From: an uncultured Actinomycetota bacterium
GTDB lineage: Bacteria > Actinomycetota > Actinomycetes > JAHEKZ01
Reading direction: 5' to 3'
Assembly: GCA_963743915.1 (NCBI GenBank)
Contig: CAVURN010000002.1
Location: 224,001 to 288,000 of the forward strand
Length of the DNA: 64,000 nucleotides
Part shown: positions 49,985-60,921 of the stretch, one piece after another
Layout: each line of letters starts with the position of its first letter
Position numbering within the stretch: the stretch's first letter is position 1
Made by a program: the position numbers and the translations under genes
Notes under the pieces: model-generated
What the model saw: only the letters and a program-made list of their open reading frames with translations
Databases searched by the model: none
Told to the model about the DNA's origin: nothing

Positions 49985-50347
49985 CTAGGCGGAGCGCTTG
50001 GCCCCGCCGGTGGGACCACCGGAGGCGCGGAGCAGCTCGAGCCGCTCCTCGAGGAGGTCCTCGAGCTCGGGGATGGAACGACGCTCCAGGAGCATGTCCC
50101 AGTGCGTCCGGGAGGGCTTGACGGCCTTCTCCTCCGGGAGCGGGACGTCCCGACCGATCGCGGTGGCGCCGCAGACGCGGCACTCCCACCGGGCCGGGAC
50201 CTCGGCCTCGACCGAGAAGGGCATGGTGAAGGTGTGACCCCGGGGGCAGTCGTAGACGACGTCGAGGCGCTCTGCGGGCTCGACATTGTCGTCGTTCTCG
50301 TAGCTCGTGGCCCCGAGCCGCGTACCGCGCAGCGAACGCTCAGCCAT
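49985..50347 (-). CDS. rbpA: RNA polymerase-binding protein RbpA
   Basis: ERSLRGTRLGATSYE, YDCPRGH, WEC..CG and RTHWDMLLERRS. Confidence 0.96.
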   Translation of the reverse strand: MAERSLRGTRLGATSYENDDNVEPAERLDVVYDCPRGHTFTMPFSVEAEVPARWECRVCGATAIGRDVPLPEEKAVKPSRTHWDMLLERRSIPELEDLLEERLELLRASGGPTGGAKRSA

Positions 50348-50381
50348 GGTCTGCCTCCGGAAGGGAAGTGGTACTCGCACC

Positions 50382-50407
50382 AACACGTGGTCTCTTGGAC
50401 GGATTCC
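50382..50407 (-). promoter_or_regulatory. SigR/SigH-type promoter of rbpA
   Basis: The minus strand reads GGAAT-N18-GTT, ending about 35 bp upstream of the ATG. Confidence 0.7.
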
Positions 50408-50455
50408 CCGCCCGCGGGGTTCCCCAACCCTTTTCCCGCGTAGTTGGGCCGTTCG

Positions 50456-50471
50456 GGTGACGCAGATCACA
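50456..50471. promoter_or_regulatory. CRP/GlxR-like site upstream of rbpA
   Basis: GGTGA-CGCAGA-TCACA; 9/10 match to TGTGA-N6-TCACA. Confidence 0.45.
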
Positions 50472-50500
50472 CGCTCTGGCCTGCGGTACCTGCCGGAGGT

Positions 50501-51847
50501 CTAGAGAACGGCCGGAGGGGTGTTGCCCACCTCCTCGATGCCCTCGGCGACGCGGACCCGCCGCAGGACCAGCATTCCGAGCACGAAGAAGACCACCAGG
50601 GCCAGGATCGCCACCCGGTACGACCCGGAGACCTCGTAGGCGAGCGCGAAGGTCAAGGTGCCGAGCCAGCTGGTGCCGCGCTCGGAGATCTCGTAGAAGG
50701 CGAAGTACTCCGCCTCGCGCAGCCGGGGAATGAGCTGGGAGTAGAGGGACCGGGAGAGTGCCTGCGAGCCGCCGAGAACGAAACCGATCACGGTGGCGAG
50801 GCCGAAGACGCCGACCGGCCACTCCGCCGGTAGCACGAAGGCAACGGCGACGACCCCCGTCCAGGCGACCAGCGACCCGAGGATGACCCGCTGCGCGCCG
50901 TACCGTCCCGCGAGCCGCCCCAGGGCGAGAGCACCGACGAACGCGACGACCTGGACGAGCAGAATCACCGCGATCGAGATGGTGGTGTCGAGCAGCAGCT
51001 CCTTCTCGATGTAGACCGCGGCCAGGGCGATGACGGTCTGGATCCCGTCGTTGTAGAGCAGGTACCCGAGCAGGAACAGCAGGGTCTGCGGGTAGCGACG
51101 GAGGTCGCGGAGGGTGCCGCCGAGCTGGCGGAAGCCGCTGGTGAGCACCGACCCGGAGGGTGGAGCCGGCGCACCCTCGCCGCGCTCGGACCGGTTACGG
51201 AGTCCGACCACCGGGATGACGGTGAAGACCGCCCACCAGACGCCGGCGGACAGCAGGCTGAGGCGAACGGCCTCGCCCTCGGTGAGCCCGAACGCCTCGT
51301 GCCCGAGGAACAGCGCGAGGTTGGCGGCGAGCAGGATCGCACCGCCCAGGTAGCCCAGTGCCCATCCGCGCGAGGACACGGCGTCCCGCTCGTCGGGCGT
51401 CGCCACCTGCGGCAGGAAGGCGTTGTAGACCACGACGCTCATGCCGAACGCGAGGTTGGCCACCACCAGCAGGATGCCGCCCAGCACAAAGCGGCCGTCG
51501 GTGAGCGTGACCATGAGCATCGTGGCCGCAGCCCCGACCGCGGCGAAGGAGGCCAGCAGCTGTCGCTGGTGCCGGGAGCGGTCCGCGATGGCGCCGGTGA
51601 CGGGCAGGATCAGCACCTGCAGCACCACGGAGAGGGACACCAGCAGCGAGAAGTACGAACCGGGACGCACCTGCCAGAGGAGGAATCCCACGCGGCCGTC
51701 GGCCCCGGCGGCGTCCTCGGCCAGCGTGGTCAGGTAGGGGCCGAGGAAGACGGTGACGACGGTGGTGGAGAACGCCGAGTTCGCCCAGTCGTAGAAGTAC
51801 CAGGACCGCTGCAGGCGACGCCGCGACCTGTCGACCGGCGCGGTCAT
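50501..51847 (-). CDS. MFS transporter (UMF1/Atg22-like)
   Basis: WYFYDWANSAF, YNAFLP, VSSRGWALGYLGG and GGSQALSRS. Confidence 0.9.
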   Translation of the reverse strand: MTAPVDRSRRRLQRSWYFYDWANSAFSTTVVTVFLGPYLTTLAEDAAGADGRVGFLLWQVRPGSYFSLLVSLSVVLQVLILPVTGAIADRSRHQRQLLASFAAVGAAATMLMVTLTDGRFVLGGILLVVANLAFGMSVVVYNAFLPQVATPDERDAVSSRGWALGYLGGAILLAANLALFLGHEAFGLTEGEAVRLSLLSAGVWWAVFTVIPVVGLRNRSERGEGAPAPPSGSVLTSGFRQLGGTLRDLRRYPQTLLFLLGYLLYNDGIQTVIALAAVYIEKELLLDTTISIAVILLVQVVAFVGALALGRLAGRYGAQRVILGSLVAWTGVVAVAFVLPAEWPVGVFGLATVIGFVLGGSQALSRSLYSQLIPRLREAEYFAFYEISERGTSWLGTLTFALAYEVSGSYRVAILALVVFFVLGMLVLRRVRVAEGIEEVGNTPPAVL

Positions 51848-52648
51848 GTCGCCGGGACCCACCCGTGTGCCCGGAAGACCGACTCGAGCAACGCGATGTC
51901 GTCACTCATCACGCCGTCGACCCCTCGCTGGAGCAGCAGGTCCATCTCGGCAGCATCGTTGACGGTCCAGACGTGGACGGGCATCCCGACACGCTGAGCC
52001 GCGGCGAGCAGGTCGATCCCGCGACCGCGGACGCCGGGCAGCTGCCGGGCCAGGACGCGCGGGATCTGCAGCACGTCGGCCCCGGGCACCTCGAGCGGCT
52101 GACCGCGTCCGGCCTGGCCGGTGGCTGCGGCCAGCTCCCGGGGGCCGGCGGCGGTGCAGACCTTCGGCCCGAGGGCAGCGCGCACCCACCGCAGCCGACG
52201 GTCGCTGAAGGACGCCACGCACACCCGCTCCACCAGGTCGGTTGCGGTCAGCAGGTCGACCAGCGGGCGGACCGCGGCGTCCGCCTTCGGATCGATGTTG
52301 AAGCGCACCTCGGAGAACTCCGCGAGCAGCTCGCTCAGGCGGGGGAGGGGCTCGACCCCCCACCGGCAGGTCCTCGAGGTCCCCGACCGTGAGGTCGGCG
52401 ACACGCACCCGGTAGCCGCCCACCCGCGCGAGCGAGGCGTCATGGCTGGCCACCAGTACGCCGTCCCGGGTCGCGTGCACGTCGGTCTCGAAGCAGCGGA
52501 AACCGAGCCGGTACGCCCGCCGGAATGCCGCAGCCGTGTTCTCGACGTAGTCCGGGTCGGCCACCGGGACAGCGCCGTCCGACGTGCCGCGCGGTCCGCC
52601 GCGATGGACCATCGGGACGGGCCCGGGGTGCTGCAGGAAGGGGTGCAC
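51844..52648 (-). CDS. Glycerophosphodiester phosphodiesterase (frameshift near 52360)
   Basis: HRGG, ENT..AF and ETDVHATRDG..HD, then NIDPK, SFSD, HVWTVND and GVDGVMSD. Confidence 0.88.
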
Positions 52649-52656
52649 GGGGAACG

Positions 52657-54001
52657 TCAGCCGCGGATGCCGAGCCGCGCCAGCAGCACAACGTCTCGGC
52701 CAACGCTGCCCGTCCGAGCTGACCGAGGTCGACGCTCTCGTCCGCGGAGTGGATGTTCGCCTGCGCTCCGTCCTCGGCTCCCCAGAGGACGAACTCCGCA
52801 TCGGGGTTGAGCTGCTGCAACGTCGTGAGCAGGGGGATCGACCCTCCGCTGCCGATCAGCCCAGTGGGTGCCCCATACACGTCGGCCATGACCTGCCGCG
52901 CCGCGGTCAGGGCCGGGCCGTCCGTCGCCGTGGTCCAGCCGGGCCACGCGGCGTCACCGGTGATGGTCGCCTGCGCGCCCCAGGGAACGACCGACTCCAG
53001 GCGCTCCACGAGCAGGCGGCGCTGCTCCGCGGCGTCGACGCCGGGCGGGATCCGCATCGACACGATGGCCCGGGCACGGGGTGCGAGGGCGTTGACCGCA
53101 CCCGCAATCGGGGCTGCGTCGAGGCCGATGACGTTGATCGCGGGACGCGACCAGAGCCGGCTCGCGAGGCGTCCGCTGCCGACCAGCCCGGCACCGGGGA
53201 GCACCCCGGCCGCCTGGCGAAAGAGCTCGGCGTCGGTCTCCCCACCCGACCACTCGCCTGCGGTGAGTCCCGCGACCGCCACGTCCCCGTTGTCGTCGTG
53301 CAGGGTGGAGAGCATCCGGACGAGCGCCAGCAGCGCGTCGGGCGCACCACCGCCGAAGATCCCGGAGTGCACCGGCTGCCGAAGGGTCGACACCTCGACG
53401 TCGACGACGACGCCGCCGCGGGTGCTGACCTCGAGCACCGGCACACCGACCTGCTCGTTGCCACCGTCGGCGATGACGATGACGTCCGCCGCGAACATCT
53501 CTGGGTGTGCCAGCGCGAACGCCTCGAGGTGGCTGTCGGTCTCCTCTCGCCCTCGATCACCACGCGCAGGCCCACCGGGAGGTCACCCTCGAACGCCTGG
53601 AGGGTCGCGGCGTGCATGGCGATGCCGGACTTGTCGTCGGCGCCCCTCGTCCGTAGAGCCTTCCGTCGCGGACGACCGGTAGCCACGGGTCGACCGTCCA
53701 GCCCTGGTCGGCCGGAGCGGGCTGCACGTCGTAGTGCGCGTAGAGCAGGACCGTCGGCGCGCCCGGGGGGCGGGTGCTCGCCGTAGACCACCGGATAGCC
53801 GTCCGGTACCTCGACGAGTCGGGCGTCCGGCAGGCCGGAGCGTCGCAGCAGCTCAACAGTGGCGTCGGCCATCGCGAGCACGGGCTCGGCCGGGAATCCC
53901 GGGAAGGCGCACGACGGGAGAGAGACCAGCCGTGCGAGGTCGTCGACGACCCCCGGCATCACCGCATCGACTCTGGCTCGCAGCACGCTCTCGTCAGTCA
54001 C
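52657..54001 (-). CDS. M20 family dipeptidase (about four frameshifts)
   Basis: Fragments in successive frames: [46 protein letters not shown] and HSADES. Confidence 0.8.
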
Positions 54002-54033
54002 GGCGCCTGAGTCTAGGAGGCGCACCCGAGGTA

Positions 54034-55730
54034 CTAGGACAGGCCGACGATGTTCCCGCCCGCGTCGATGTCGATCCGCTCGGCCGCCGGGTGGCTGGAC
54101 AGCCCCGGCATGGTGCGGATCTCGCCGCACACGGCGTAGACGTAGCCGGCACCGGCCGCGAGTCGCAGCTCGCGGACGGGCAGGGGGCCCCAGTTCTCCG
54201 GGGCGCCGAGCAGGCTGGCGTCGGACGTGATGGACAGGTGGGTCTTGGCGATGACGATCGGCAGGTTGCCGTAGCCGAGCTCCGGCTTCCTCGCCTGGGC
54301 GGCCGCGGTGGGGGAGAAGTCGACGCCGGTCGCGCCGTAGAGCTCGGTGGCGATGGTCTCGATCTTCTTCTCGATGGTGTCCTCGAGCGGGTACAGGAAC
54401 CGGAAGTCGTTCGGCTCGTTGGCGACCTCCTCGACGACGCGGGCCAGCTCGACGGCGCCGTCACCACCGTCGACCACGTGCGTCGCGACAGCGGAGCGGG
54501 CGCCCGCTTCTTCGGCGATCTTGCGGATGACCTCGTGTTCGCTCGGGTGGTCGGTCGGGAAGGCGTTGATCGCCACGACCGGCGTGATGCCGAACTTCTT
54601 GAGGTTCGCCAGGTGCTTGCGCAGGTTGGCGCCACCGATCGCGACCTCGTCGGGGTTCTCGGCCAAGAGCTCCGGAGGCAGGGGCTTGCCGGGCTTGATC
54701 ACGTGGCGTCCGGAGTGGGCCTTGAGCGCGCGCACCGTGGCGACGACGACCGCCGCGGATGGCGTGAGACCCGACAGGCGGCACTTCATGTCGAAGAACT
54801 TCTCGCCCCCGATGTCGGCGCCGAAGCCGGCCTCGGTGATGAGGTAGTCGCCGCTCTTGATGCCGATGAGGTCGGCCACGATCGACGACTGGCCGGTGGC
54901 GATGTTGCCGAACGGTCCGGTGTGGATCAGGGCGGGCTGCCCCTCGATCGTCTGCAGCACGTTGGGCTCGAGTGCGTCGCGCAGGATGACCGCCATGGAG
55001 CCGGCCGCCTTGAGGTCCTCGGCTGTCACCGGGTCGCCGGTCTTCGTGTAGCCGACGACGATCTTCCCGACGCGCTCGCGGAGGTCCTTCTCCGAGGTCG
55101 CGAGGGCGAGCAGCACCATCAGCTCGCTCGCGGCGGTGATGTCGAATCCGGTCTGGCGGGGGACCCCGTCGACGCGCGCGCCCAGCCCGATGATGACGTT
55201 GCGCAGCGCACGGTCGTTGACGTCCATGACGCGGCGCCACTCGATCGAGCTCGGCTCGATGCCGAGCTCGTTGCCCTGGAACAGGTGGTTGTCGAGCATC
55301 GCCGCCAGCAGGTTGTGCGCCGCGGTGATGGCGTGGAAGTCACCGGTCAGGTGGAGGTTGAGCTTCTCCATGGGGATGACCTGGCTGTAGCCGCCACCGG
55401 CCGCCCCGCCCTTGATCCCGAACGTGGGACCCATCGACGGCTGCCGCAGCGCCAGCGTCGCCCGCTTGCCGATCTTGCCGAAGCCCTGGGCCAGGCCGAT
55501 CGAGGTGGTGGTCTTGCCCTCGCCGAGCGGCGTCGGGGTGATCGCCGTGACCAGGATGTACTTGGCCGGCGGCCGGTCGGCGAGCTCCTCGATCGCGTCG
55601 AGACTCACCTTCCCGACATCACGCCCGTAGGGTTCCCACAGGTGCTCGGGGAGTCCATGGACTCAGTGATCTCACTGATCGGACGGACGGCGGACGCGCG
55701 GGCGATGTCAAGGTCGCTGGGGATGCTCAC
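54034..55730 (-). CDS. fhs: Formate--tetrahydrofolate ligase (frameshift near 55655)
   Basis: SDLDIAR N-terminus, EPYG, TPTPLGEGKTT, GIKGGAAGGGYSQ, EAGFGAD and TMPGL. Confidence 0.93.
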
Positions 55731-55849
55731 GCGCATAGACTGACGCACGAGTCAGTGAATCGACAGGCCATTGGTCCTGAAGTTGCCCAACGTTCCGTGA
55801 TGCGGAACGGCTGTCCCACGGATGGGCCAGGCCCGGGCCACGGAACGGG

Positions 55850-56955
55850 TCACCGGCGTCGATAGGCCATCGCCTCGGTGACCCGGTCGACCGCCAGATG
55901 CTCGGCCTCGGCGCGCGGCGTCCGACCACTGGCCGCGGAGGCGTGCAGGACGGCCTGGGTGTTCCTGCGGATCTTCTCCTCGATGACGGCGAATGCCTGG
56001 GAGGCGGTTCCGCCGGCGTACTCGACCGCCGCGCAGATGACGCCACCAGCATTGGCGATGAAGTCGGGGAGCACCGTCACGCCCTGCTCGTGCAGGTACT
56101 GCTCGGCCTCGGGGCTCGCGGCGATGTTGGCGCCCTGGAGCAGCAGACAGGTGTCCAGCTTGGCGACGTTCTCCGCCGTGATCACGTCTGGCCGGGCCGC
56201 GGGGATCCAGATCTCGCAGGGAGTGACAACAGGGCCTCGGCGCTCACCGCGTGACCACCGGGGAAGGTGCCGACCGGCTGCCCGGACCTCTTGTGGGCGA
56301 TGAGGGCGTCCACATCGAACCCGTCCGGAGCGGTGGTCGCGCCCCGGCTGTCCGAAGCAGCGACCAGGACCGCACCGCGGTCGCGCAGGAAGCGTGCCGC
56401 GTGCTGACCGACCGACCCGAAGCCCTGGACGACGACGCGCGCGCCGGTGAGTGGCAGGAGGCCGCGCTCGGCGGCGACCTCAGCAGCGATGGCGAGGCCG
56501 AAGCCCGTGGCGCCTAGGACGTCCAACGGGATACCGCCCACCACGGCGGGCAGCCCGACCGCCCGCCCGCAGGCGTCCCGGAGGTGCGCCATCAACCGCT
56601 CGTCCAGGCCCATGTCCGGGCCAGGGATGTAACCCACGACGTCCCGGATGCGGACACCGAAGGCGCGGACCAGCTCGACCTTTGCCTCGTAGGGGAGTGA
56701 GGGGTCGGCCACGATGCCCGCCTTGGCTCCGCCGTGCGGCAAGCCCGCTGCAGCGTTCTTCCAGGTCATGGCGCGGGCCAACCGGGCGACCTCCACGACC
56801 GAGACGTCGGAAGCCATACGAAGCCCACCGATGGCGGGTCCGATGGCGAGGTTGTCGACCACCACGTAGCCGGTCAGGCCGGCAGCGGGATCGTTGACGA
56901 TGAGCACCTGCTCAGGTCCGAACCGATCGACCTGCGGCAGCTCGATGGTGGGCAT
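55850..56955 (-). CDS. Glu/Leu/Phe/Val dehydrogenase (frameshift near 56220)
   Basis: GGLRM, LARAMTWK, GGAKAG, GPDMG and QGFGSVG, then PAA, GAN and PDFIANAGGV. Confidence 0.9.
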
Positions 56956-57058
56956 GGTCGCCTCCTTCGGCGAGGGACCCGATCGGTCCTCTCACTGCCC
57001 TTGTACCGCGCGTCAGACGCAGTCGGCAGAGTCGTTCGACCACTGTCGCCCAAGGACC

Positions 57059-58315
57059 CTACGGAGCGCGCGGATCGCTGTAGCACCAGGGCGTGGAGGA
57101 GAATTGGCGTCCACCCGGGGTGATCCACGTCATGTGTCCGTCGGGCTCGAGCTGCACCTCCCAGCCGGGTGAGTGTTTGAGGCGATGGTGCCTGCGGCAC
57201 AGAGCCGCCAGGTTGCCCGCGGCGGTGGGGCCGTCCGGCCACGGCACCGTGTGGTCGAGGTCAGTGCCCGACGCAGATGCATTCCGCCGGCATCCGGGGA
57301 AGCGGCACACCACGTCACGCGCCTGGATCGCCCGGCGCAGTGGAGCCGAAGGACGGTATTGGCGCTCACCCACGGCCACCAGCTCGCCGGTGTCGGCGTC
57401 GGTGCGCAGGAGCCGGAAGGTGACGTCACCCTCAGCGCGCTGGAGCAGGTCAGCGACGTCATCGGGCAGAACCGGGCCCACGCCCCTGACCTCTGCCGGC
57501 GCGCACGAACCCGTCGGGGCCGCCTCGCTGACCACCACCTGCACCTCTACCTGCGGCGGCGCTGCGCGTCCGGTGACGAGATCGACCAAGGCATCGGCGC
57601 GCCGCTGGTCCATGGTGCGGGCGTCGTCGGCGCCGGAGGCCAAGGCGACGGCGTTGACCGTGTCGTACAACTGGCGCGCCTGCACGCCCGGCAGCAACGC
57701 CCACAACGAACCCATCGAGTCGACACCCGGGCTGAACACGACCCGCCTGTCTGCCATGGCCCGCCGACGCCTGGCTTCGGCAGCGTCGGGGTCGGCGGCC
57801 AGGACCCGACGCGTCAGCCAGGCACGAGTCTGCGACGGCGTGTGCTCCGCCGCGTAGTCGGCAGCATCGGTGATCAGGTCATAGGTGGCAGGCACGGTGG
57901 GGTCGAGGGTGTCGACCAGCTCGGTGACCACCTGGACAGCGGCGGGGGAGAGCACGCCCGCACACCACATCGTCATCAGTGCGGGGTGACGGGCGGCGTC
58001 CCGCGCCACCTGCACCCGTCGGTGTGCGGTGATCGTCGAGCAGTGCAGGGCCAAGGCGACTTCGTCCGGTACGAACTCTGGGTCGGGTACCAGCACCTCC
58101 GACGACCGGTCATCGGTGCTCGCGTGCTCGGCTTCCTCAACCATCGATGCCATCGCCATCGCCTGGATCGCCGTTGCCGAGCTGGCCACTTGTTCCATCA
58201 GCCGAACGACGTCCCGAGACGTCAGTTCGTCTCGGTTCGTGACCCCATCGATGAGGGTGCGCAAATGCGCCAGAGCCGCTCCGCGGAGCGGCTCAAGAAC
58301 GAGGTCTGCTGACAT
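57059..58315 (-). CDS. DUF222 (13E12-repeat family) HNH endonuclease-domain protein
   Basis: RTMDQRRADAL, RD..CRFPGC, DLDHTVPW and NLAALCRRHHRLK. Confidence 0.9.
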   Translation of the reverse strand: MSADLVLEPLRGAALAHLRTLIDGVTNRDELTSRDVVRLMEQVASSATAIQAMAMASMVEEAEHASTDDRSSEVLVPDPEFVPDEVALALHCSTITAHRRVQVARDAARHPALMTMWCAGVLSPAAVQVVTELVDTLDPTVPATYDLITDAADYAAEHTPSQTRAWLTRRVLAADPDAAEARRRRAMADRRVVFSPGVDSMGSLWALLPGVQARQLYDTVNAVALASGADDARTMDQRRADALVDLVTGRAAPPQVEVQVVVSEAAPTGSCAPAEVRGVGPVLPDDVADLLQRAEGDVTFRLLRTDADTGELVAVGERQYRPSAPLRRAIQARDVVCRFPGCRRNASASGTDLDHTVPWPDGPTAAGNLAALCRRHHRLKHSPGWEVQLEPDGHMTWITPGGRQFSSTPWCYSDPRAP

Positions 58316-58321
58316 ACACGC

Positions 58322-58343
58322 ACTCTCCCAGGAGGGTGTGACA
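58322..58343 (-). promoter_or_regulatory. Variant PafBC/RecA-NDp leaderless promoter of the DUF222-HNH gene
   Basis: The minus strand reads TGTCAC-N10-GAGAGT-N6-ATG, the same geometry as 13756-13777. Confidence 0.6.
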
Positions 58344-58391
58344 ACGCCCGTCGCCTAGAGGCTTGACCTCCGCCGTGGCACGATCGCTCGG

Positions 58392-58841
58392 GTGACGGAC
58401 ACCTCGAGCGACGCTCAGCGCCTGCGCGACCTGGCGCTGTTGCGTGGGGTGCGGGACAGGATCGACCGCGAGTACGCGCAGCCGCTCGACGTCGAGGCCC
58501 TTGCCCGCGGGGTCCACATGTCGGCCGGCCACCTGAGCCGGCGGTTCCGACTCGCGTATGGCGAGTCGCCGTACGCGTACCTGATGACACGACGCATCGA
58601 GCGCGCGATGGCGTTGCTACGTCGCGGAGACCTCAGCGTCACGGAGGTGTGCTTCGCCGTCGGCTGTTCCTCGCTGGGCACCTTCAGCAGCCGCTTCACC
58701 GAGCTGGTCGGTGTGCCGCCCAGCACCTACCGGCGGGAAGGTGCGGACGCCACCGAGGGGATGCCGGCATGCGTGGCGAAGCAGGTGACCCGACCGATCA
58801 GGAATCGAGAAGCGTCGGTGGCCGAGCCGCAGCTAGCGTAA
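58392..58841 (+). CDS. AraC-family HTH regulator (short form)
   Basis: RDRIDREYAQPLDVEALA, RRIERAMALL and CSSLGTFS. Confidence 0.92.
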   Translation: MTDTSSDAQRLRDLALLRGVRDRIDREYAQPLDVEALARGVHMSAGHLSRRFRLAYGESPYAYLMTRRIERAMALLRRGDLSVTEVCFAVGCSSLGTFSSRFTELVGVPPSTYRREGADATEGMPACVAKQVTRPIRNREASVAEPQLA

Positions 58842-58846
58842 GCGGC

Positions 58847-59257
58847 ATGGACATCACCATTCACTCGAGCTTCCTCCCACACACCGATCCGGACGCGTCG
58901 TTGGCGTTCTACCGGGACGTCCTCGGCTTCGAGGTCCGGGCCGACGTCGGCGGCGGTCAGATGCGCTGGATCACCGTCGGCCCTCCCGGCCAGCCCGGCA
59001 CGTCGATCGTCCTCGACCCACCCGGCGCCAACCCCGGCATCACCGATGACGAGCGCCGCACCATCACCGAGATGATGGCCAAGGGCACCTACGCCATGCT
59101 GCTGCTCGCCACCAAGGATCTCGACGGCGCCTTCGAACAGCTGCAGGCTACGGACGCCGAGATCGTCCAGGAGCCGACCGAGCAGCCGTACGGCGTCCGT
59201 GACTGCGCCGTCCGCGATCCTGCCGGAAACCTGATCCGCATCCAGGAACAGAAGTAG
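58847..59257 (+). CDS. VOC/glyoxalase family protein
   Basis: FYRDVLGFE and [21 protein letters not shown]. Confidence 0.92.
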   Translation: MDITIHSSFLPHTDPDASLAFYRDVLGFEVRADVGGGQMRWITVGPPGQPGTSIVLDPPGANPGITDDERRTITEMMAKGTYAMLLLATKDLDGAFEQLQATDAEIVQEPTEQPYGVRDCAVRDPAGNLIRIQEQK

Positions 59258-59282
59258 CCCACTTCCCGAAGGAGTCGACGCA

Positions 59283-59741
59283 GTGGCTGAGAAGAAGACC
59301 GCGAAGAAGAGCACCCAGAAGCGGACTGGCAGCTCCGCGAGCTTCACGGCCGAGGAGCGAGCGGCGATGCGGGAGCGGGCCAAGGAGCTCAAGGCCCAGG
59401 CGTCCAGGGCGGACGGCGAGAAGGCGCTGCTCGCCAAGGTCGCCGAGATGGAGGGCTCCGACCGCGCGATGGCCGAACGCCTGCACGCCGTCGTGATGGC
59501 CGCCGCGCCGACGCTCACGCCGAAGACCTGGTACGGGATGCCGGCCTGGGCGAAGGACGACAAGGTTCTCTGCTTCTTCCAGAGCGCCGCAAAGTTCGGC
59601 GCCCGCTACGCGACCTTCGGTTTCCAGGACGGCGCGAACCTCGACCAGGGCGCCATGTGGCCGACGTCGTGGGCGATGACCGAGCTGACCGCTGCCGACG
59701 AGAAGAAGATCACCACCCTGGTCAAGAAGGCGGTCCGCTGA
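59283..59741 (+). CDS. DUF1801 (YdhG-like) protein
   Basis: [20 protein letters not shown] and RYATFGF; usual partner of AraC-VOC pairs. Confidence 0.85.
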   Translation: MAEKKTAKKSTQKRTGSSASFTAEERAAMRERAKELKAQASRADGEKALLAKVAEMEGSDRAMAERLHAVVMAAAPTLTPKTWYGMPAWAKDDKVLCFFQSAAKFGARYATFGFQDGANLDQGAMWPTSWAMTELTAADEKKITTLVKKAVR

Positions 59742-60384
59742 GTCGTTCAGGTGGCGCGCCCTGCAGGCCGGCGAGCGCCTGCAGGATCAGCTCGAGCCCG
59801 ATGTCGAACTCCGCGTCGGCGGTGAATCCCTCGGTGAGTGCGTGTTGGCCGAGATCGGCCAGGTGCGGATAGCCGCTCGACCTCACCTGCTCGAGCATCT
59901 CCTGGGTGGCTCCCTCGCCGGCCTTGCGCCGGCTCGTCTCCTGGATGACGTGCCCGTACACGAAGCTGTCCAGCAGCCACAGTGCATGGGCCGCCGCATC
60001 GATGGTGAAACCCGCCCCCTGCAGGCCGCCCAGTGCGGCGTCCAGGGAACGGAGCAGGTTCGGACCCAGGACGCGGCGACTCTCCAGCAGCCCGATCGCC
60101 CACGGGTGCCGGGTGAACACCACCCTGGACGCGGTCGCCCGGCGCCGAAGCAGGCCCTGCCACGTCTCCCGGTCTCCGGGGGACACCTCGATCTCGGCCC
60201 CCACCAGGTCGACGATCCCGTCGAGGATCGCGTCCTTGTTGCGGACGTGCTTGTAGAGCGACATGGCCTCGACACCGAGGGTGGCCCCCAGCTTGCGCAT
60301 GGTCAGTGCGTCGAGCCCCTCATGGTCGACGAGAGCCACCGCGGCTTGCAGAACCCGGTCCCGGCTGAGGGGGGCCCGGCGCAC
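59722..60384 (-). CDS. TetR/AcrR family regulator with TetR_C domain
   Basis: [28 protein letters not shown] and [10 protein letters not shown]. Confidence 0.92.
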   Translation of the reverse strand: MRRAPLSRDRVLQAAVALVDHEGLDALTMRKLGATLGVEAMSLYKHVRNKDAILDGIVDLVGAEIEVSPGDRETWQGLLRRRATASRVVFTRHPWAIGLLESRRVLGPNLLRSLDAALGGLQGAGFTIDAAAHALWLLDSFVYGHVIQETSRRKAGEGATQEMLEQVRSSGYPHLADLGQHALTEGFTADAEFDIGLELILQALAGLQGAPPERLSGPPS

Positions 60385-60414
60385 CGACTCCCAGGAGTGC
60401 TCACCTTGCCGAGT

Positions 60415-60425
60415 TTACTAAGTAA
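60415..60425. promoter_or_regulatory. Probable TetR operator
   Basis: TTACT-A-AGTAA palindrome between the divergent TetR and membrane-protein genes. Confidence 0.5.
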
Positions 60426-60465
60426 GCCTAGAATGGGAAACAACCCCGCAACGAGGGGAGCCCTC

Positions 60466-60921
60466 ATGTCATCCCGGGTCACGCATTCCGTATCCCTGGC
60501 CGCGGCCAGGTTCCAGGACCTCCCGGTCAACGTTCGCGTCAAGCTCTCCGGCCTCTGGGCGTCCATGCTGTTCGTCTTCGCCTACGTCGACCTCTTCAGC
60601 CTGTACCGCGCGGATGTGCGGTCGAAGCTCGAAGCCGGCCAGGTCAGCGGCTTCGACGTGGGCCAGACGTTTCTCTTCGCCACCACGCTCTACATCGCGA
60701 TCCCGAGCCTGATGGTCTTCCTGGTGCTCGTCCTGCGGCCGGGCGTCAACCGCATCACCAACCTCGTCGTGGCCTCGGTGTACGCACTGACGATCGTCGG
60801 CGGCGCCATTGGCGAGTGGGGCTACTACGTGCTCGGCAGTGCTCTCGAGGTCGGGCTGCTCGCGGCCATCGTGTTCTACGCCTGGACCTGGCCCCGCCAG
60901 GTGGTCAATGATCCTTCATGA
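60466..60921 (+). CDS. DUF6326-like small membrane protein
   Basis: KLSGLWAS.LFVFAYVD, IPSLMV and AWTWP; about 4 TM segments. Confidence 0.75.
   Translation: MSSRVTHSVSLAAARFQDLPVNVRVKLSGLWASMLFVFAYVDLFSLYRADVRSKLEAGQVSGFDVGQTFLFATTLYIAIPSLMVFLVLVLRPGVNRITNLVVASVYALTIVGGAIGEWGYYVLGSALEVGLLAAIVFYAWTWPRQVVNDPS

Noticed and set aside
55737-55850. ZTP or THF riboswitch upstream of fhs
   Set aside because: Only short hairpins are present and I could not find the conserved riboswitch motifs; an Rfam scan would settle it.
57059-58315. IS element or Cas9/IscB-like nuclease
   Set aside because: No RuvC or DDE motifs, terminal inverted repeats or target duplication seen; it matches the DUF222-HNH architecture.
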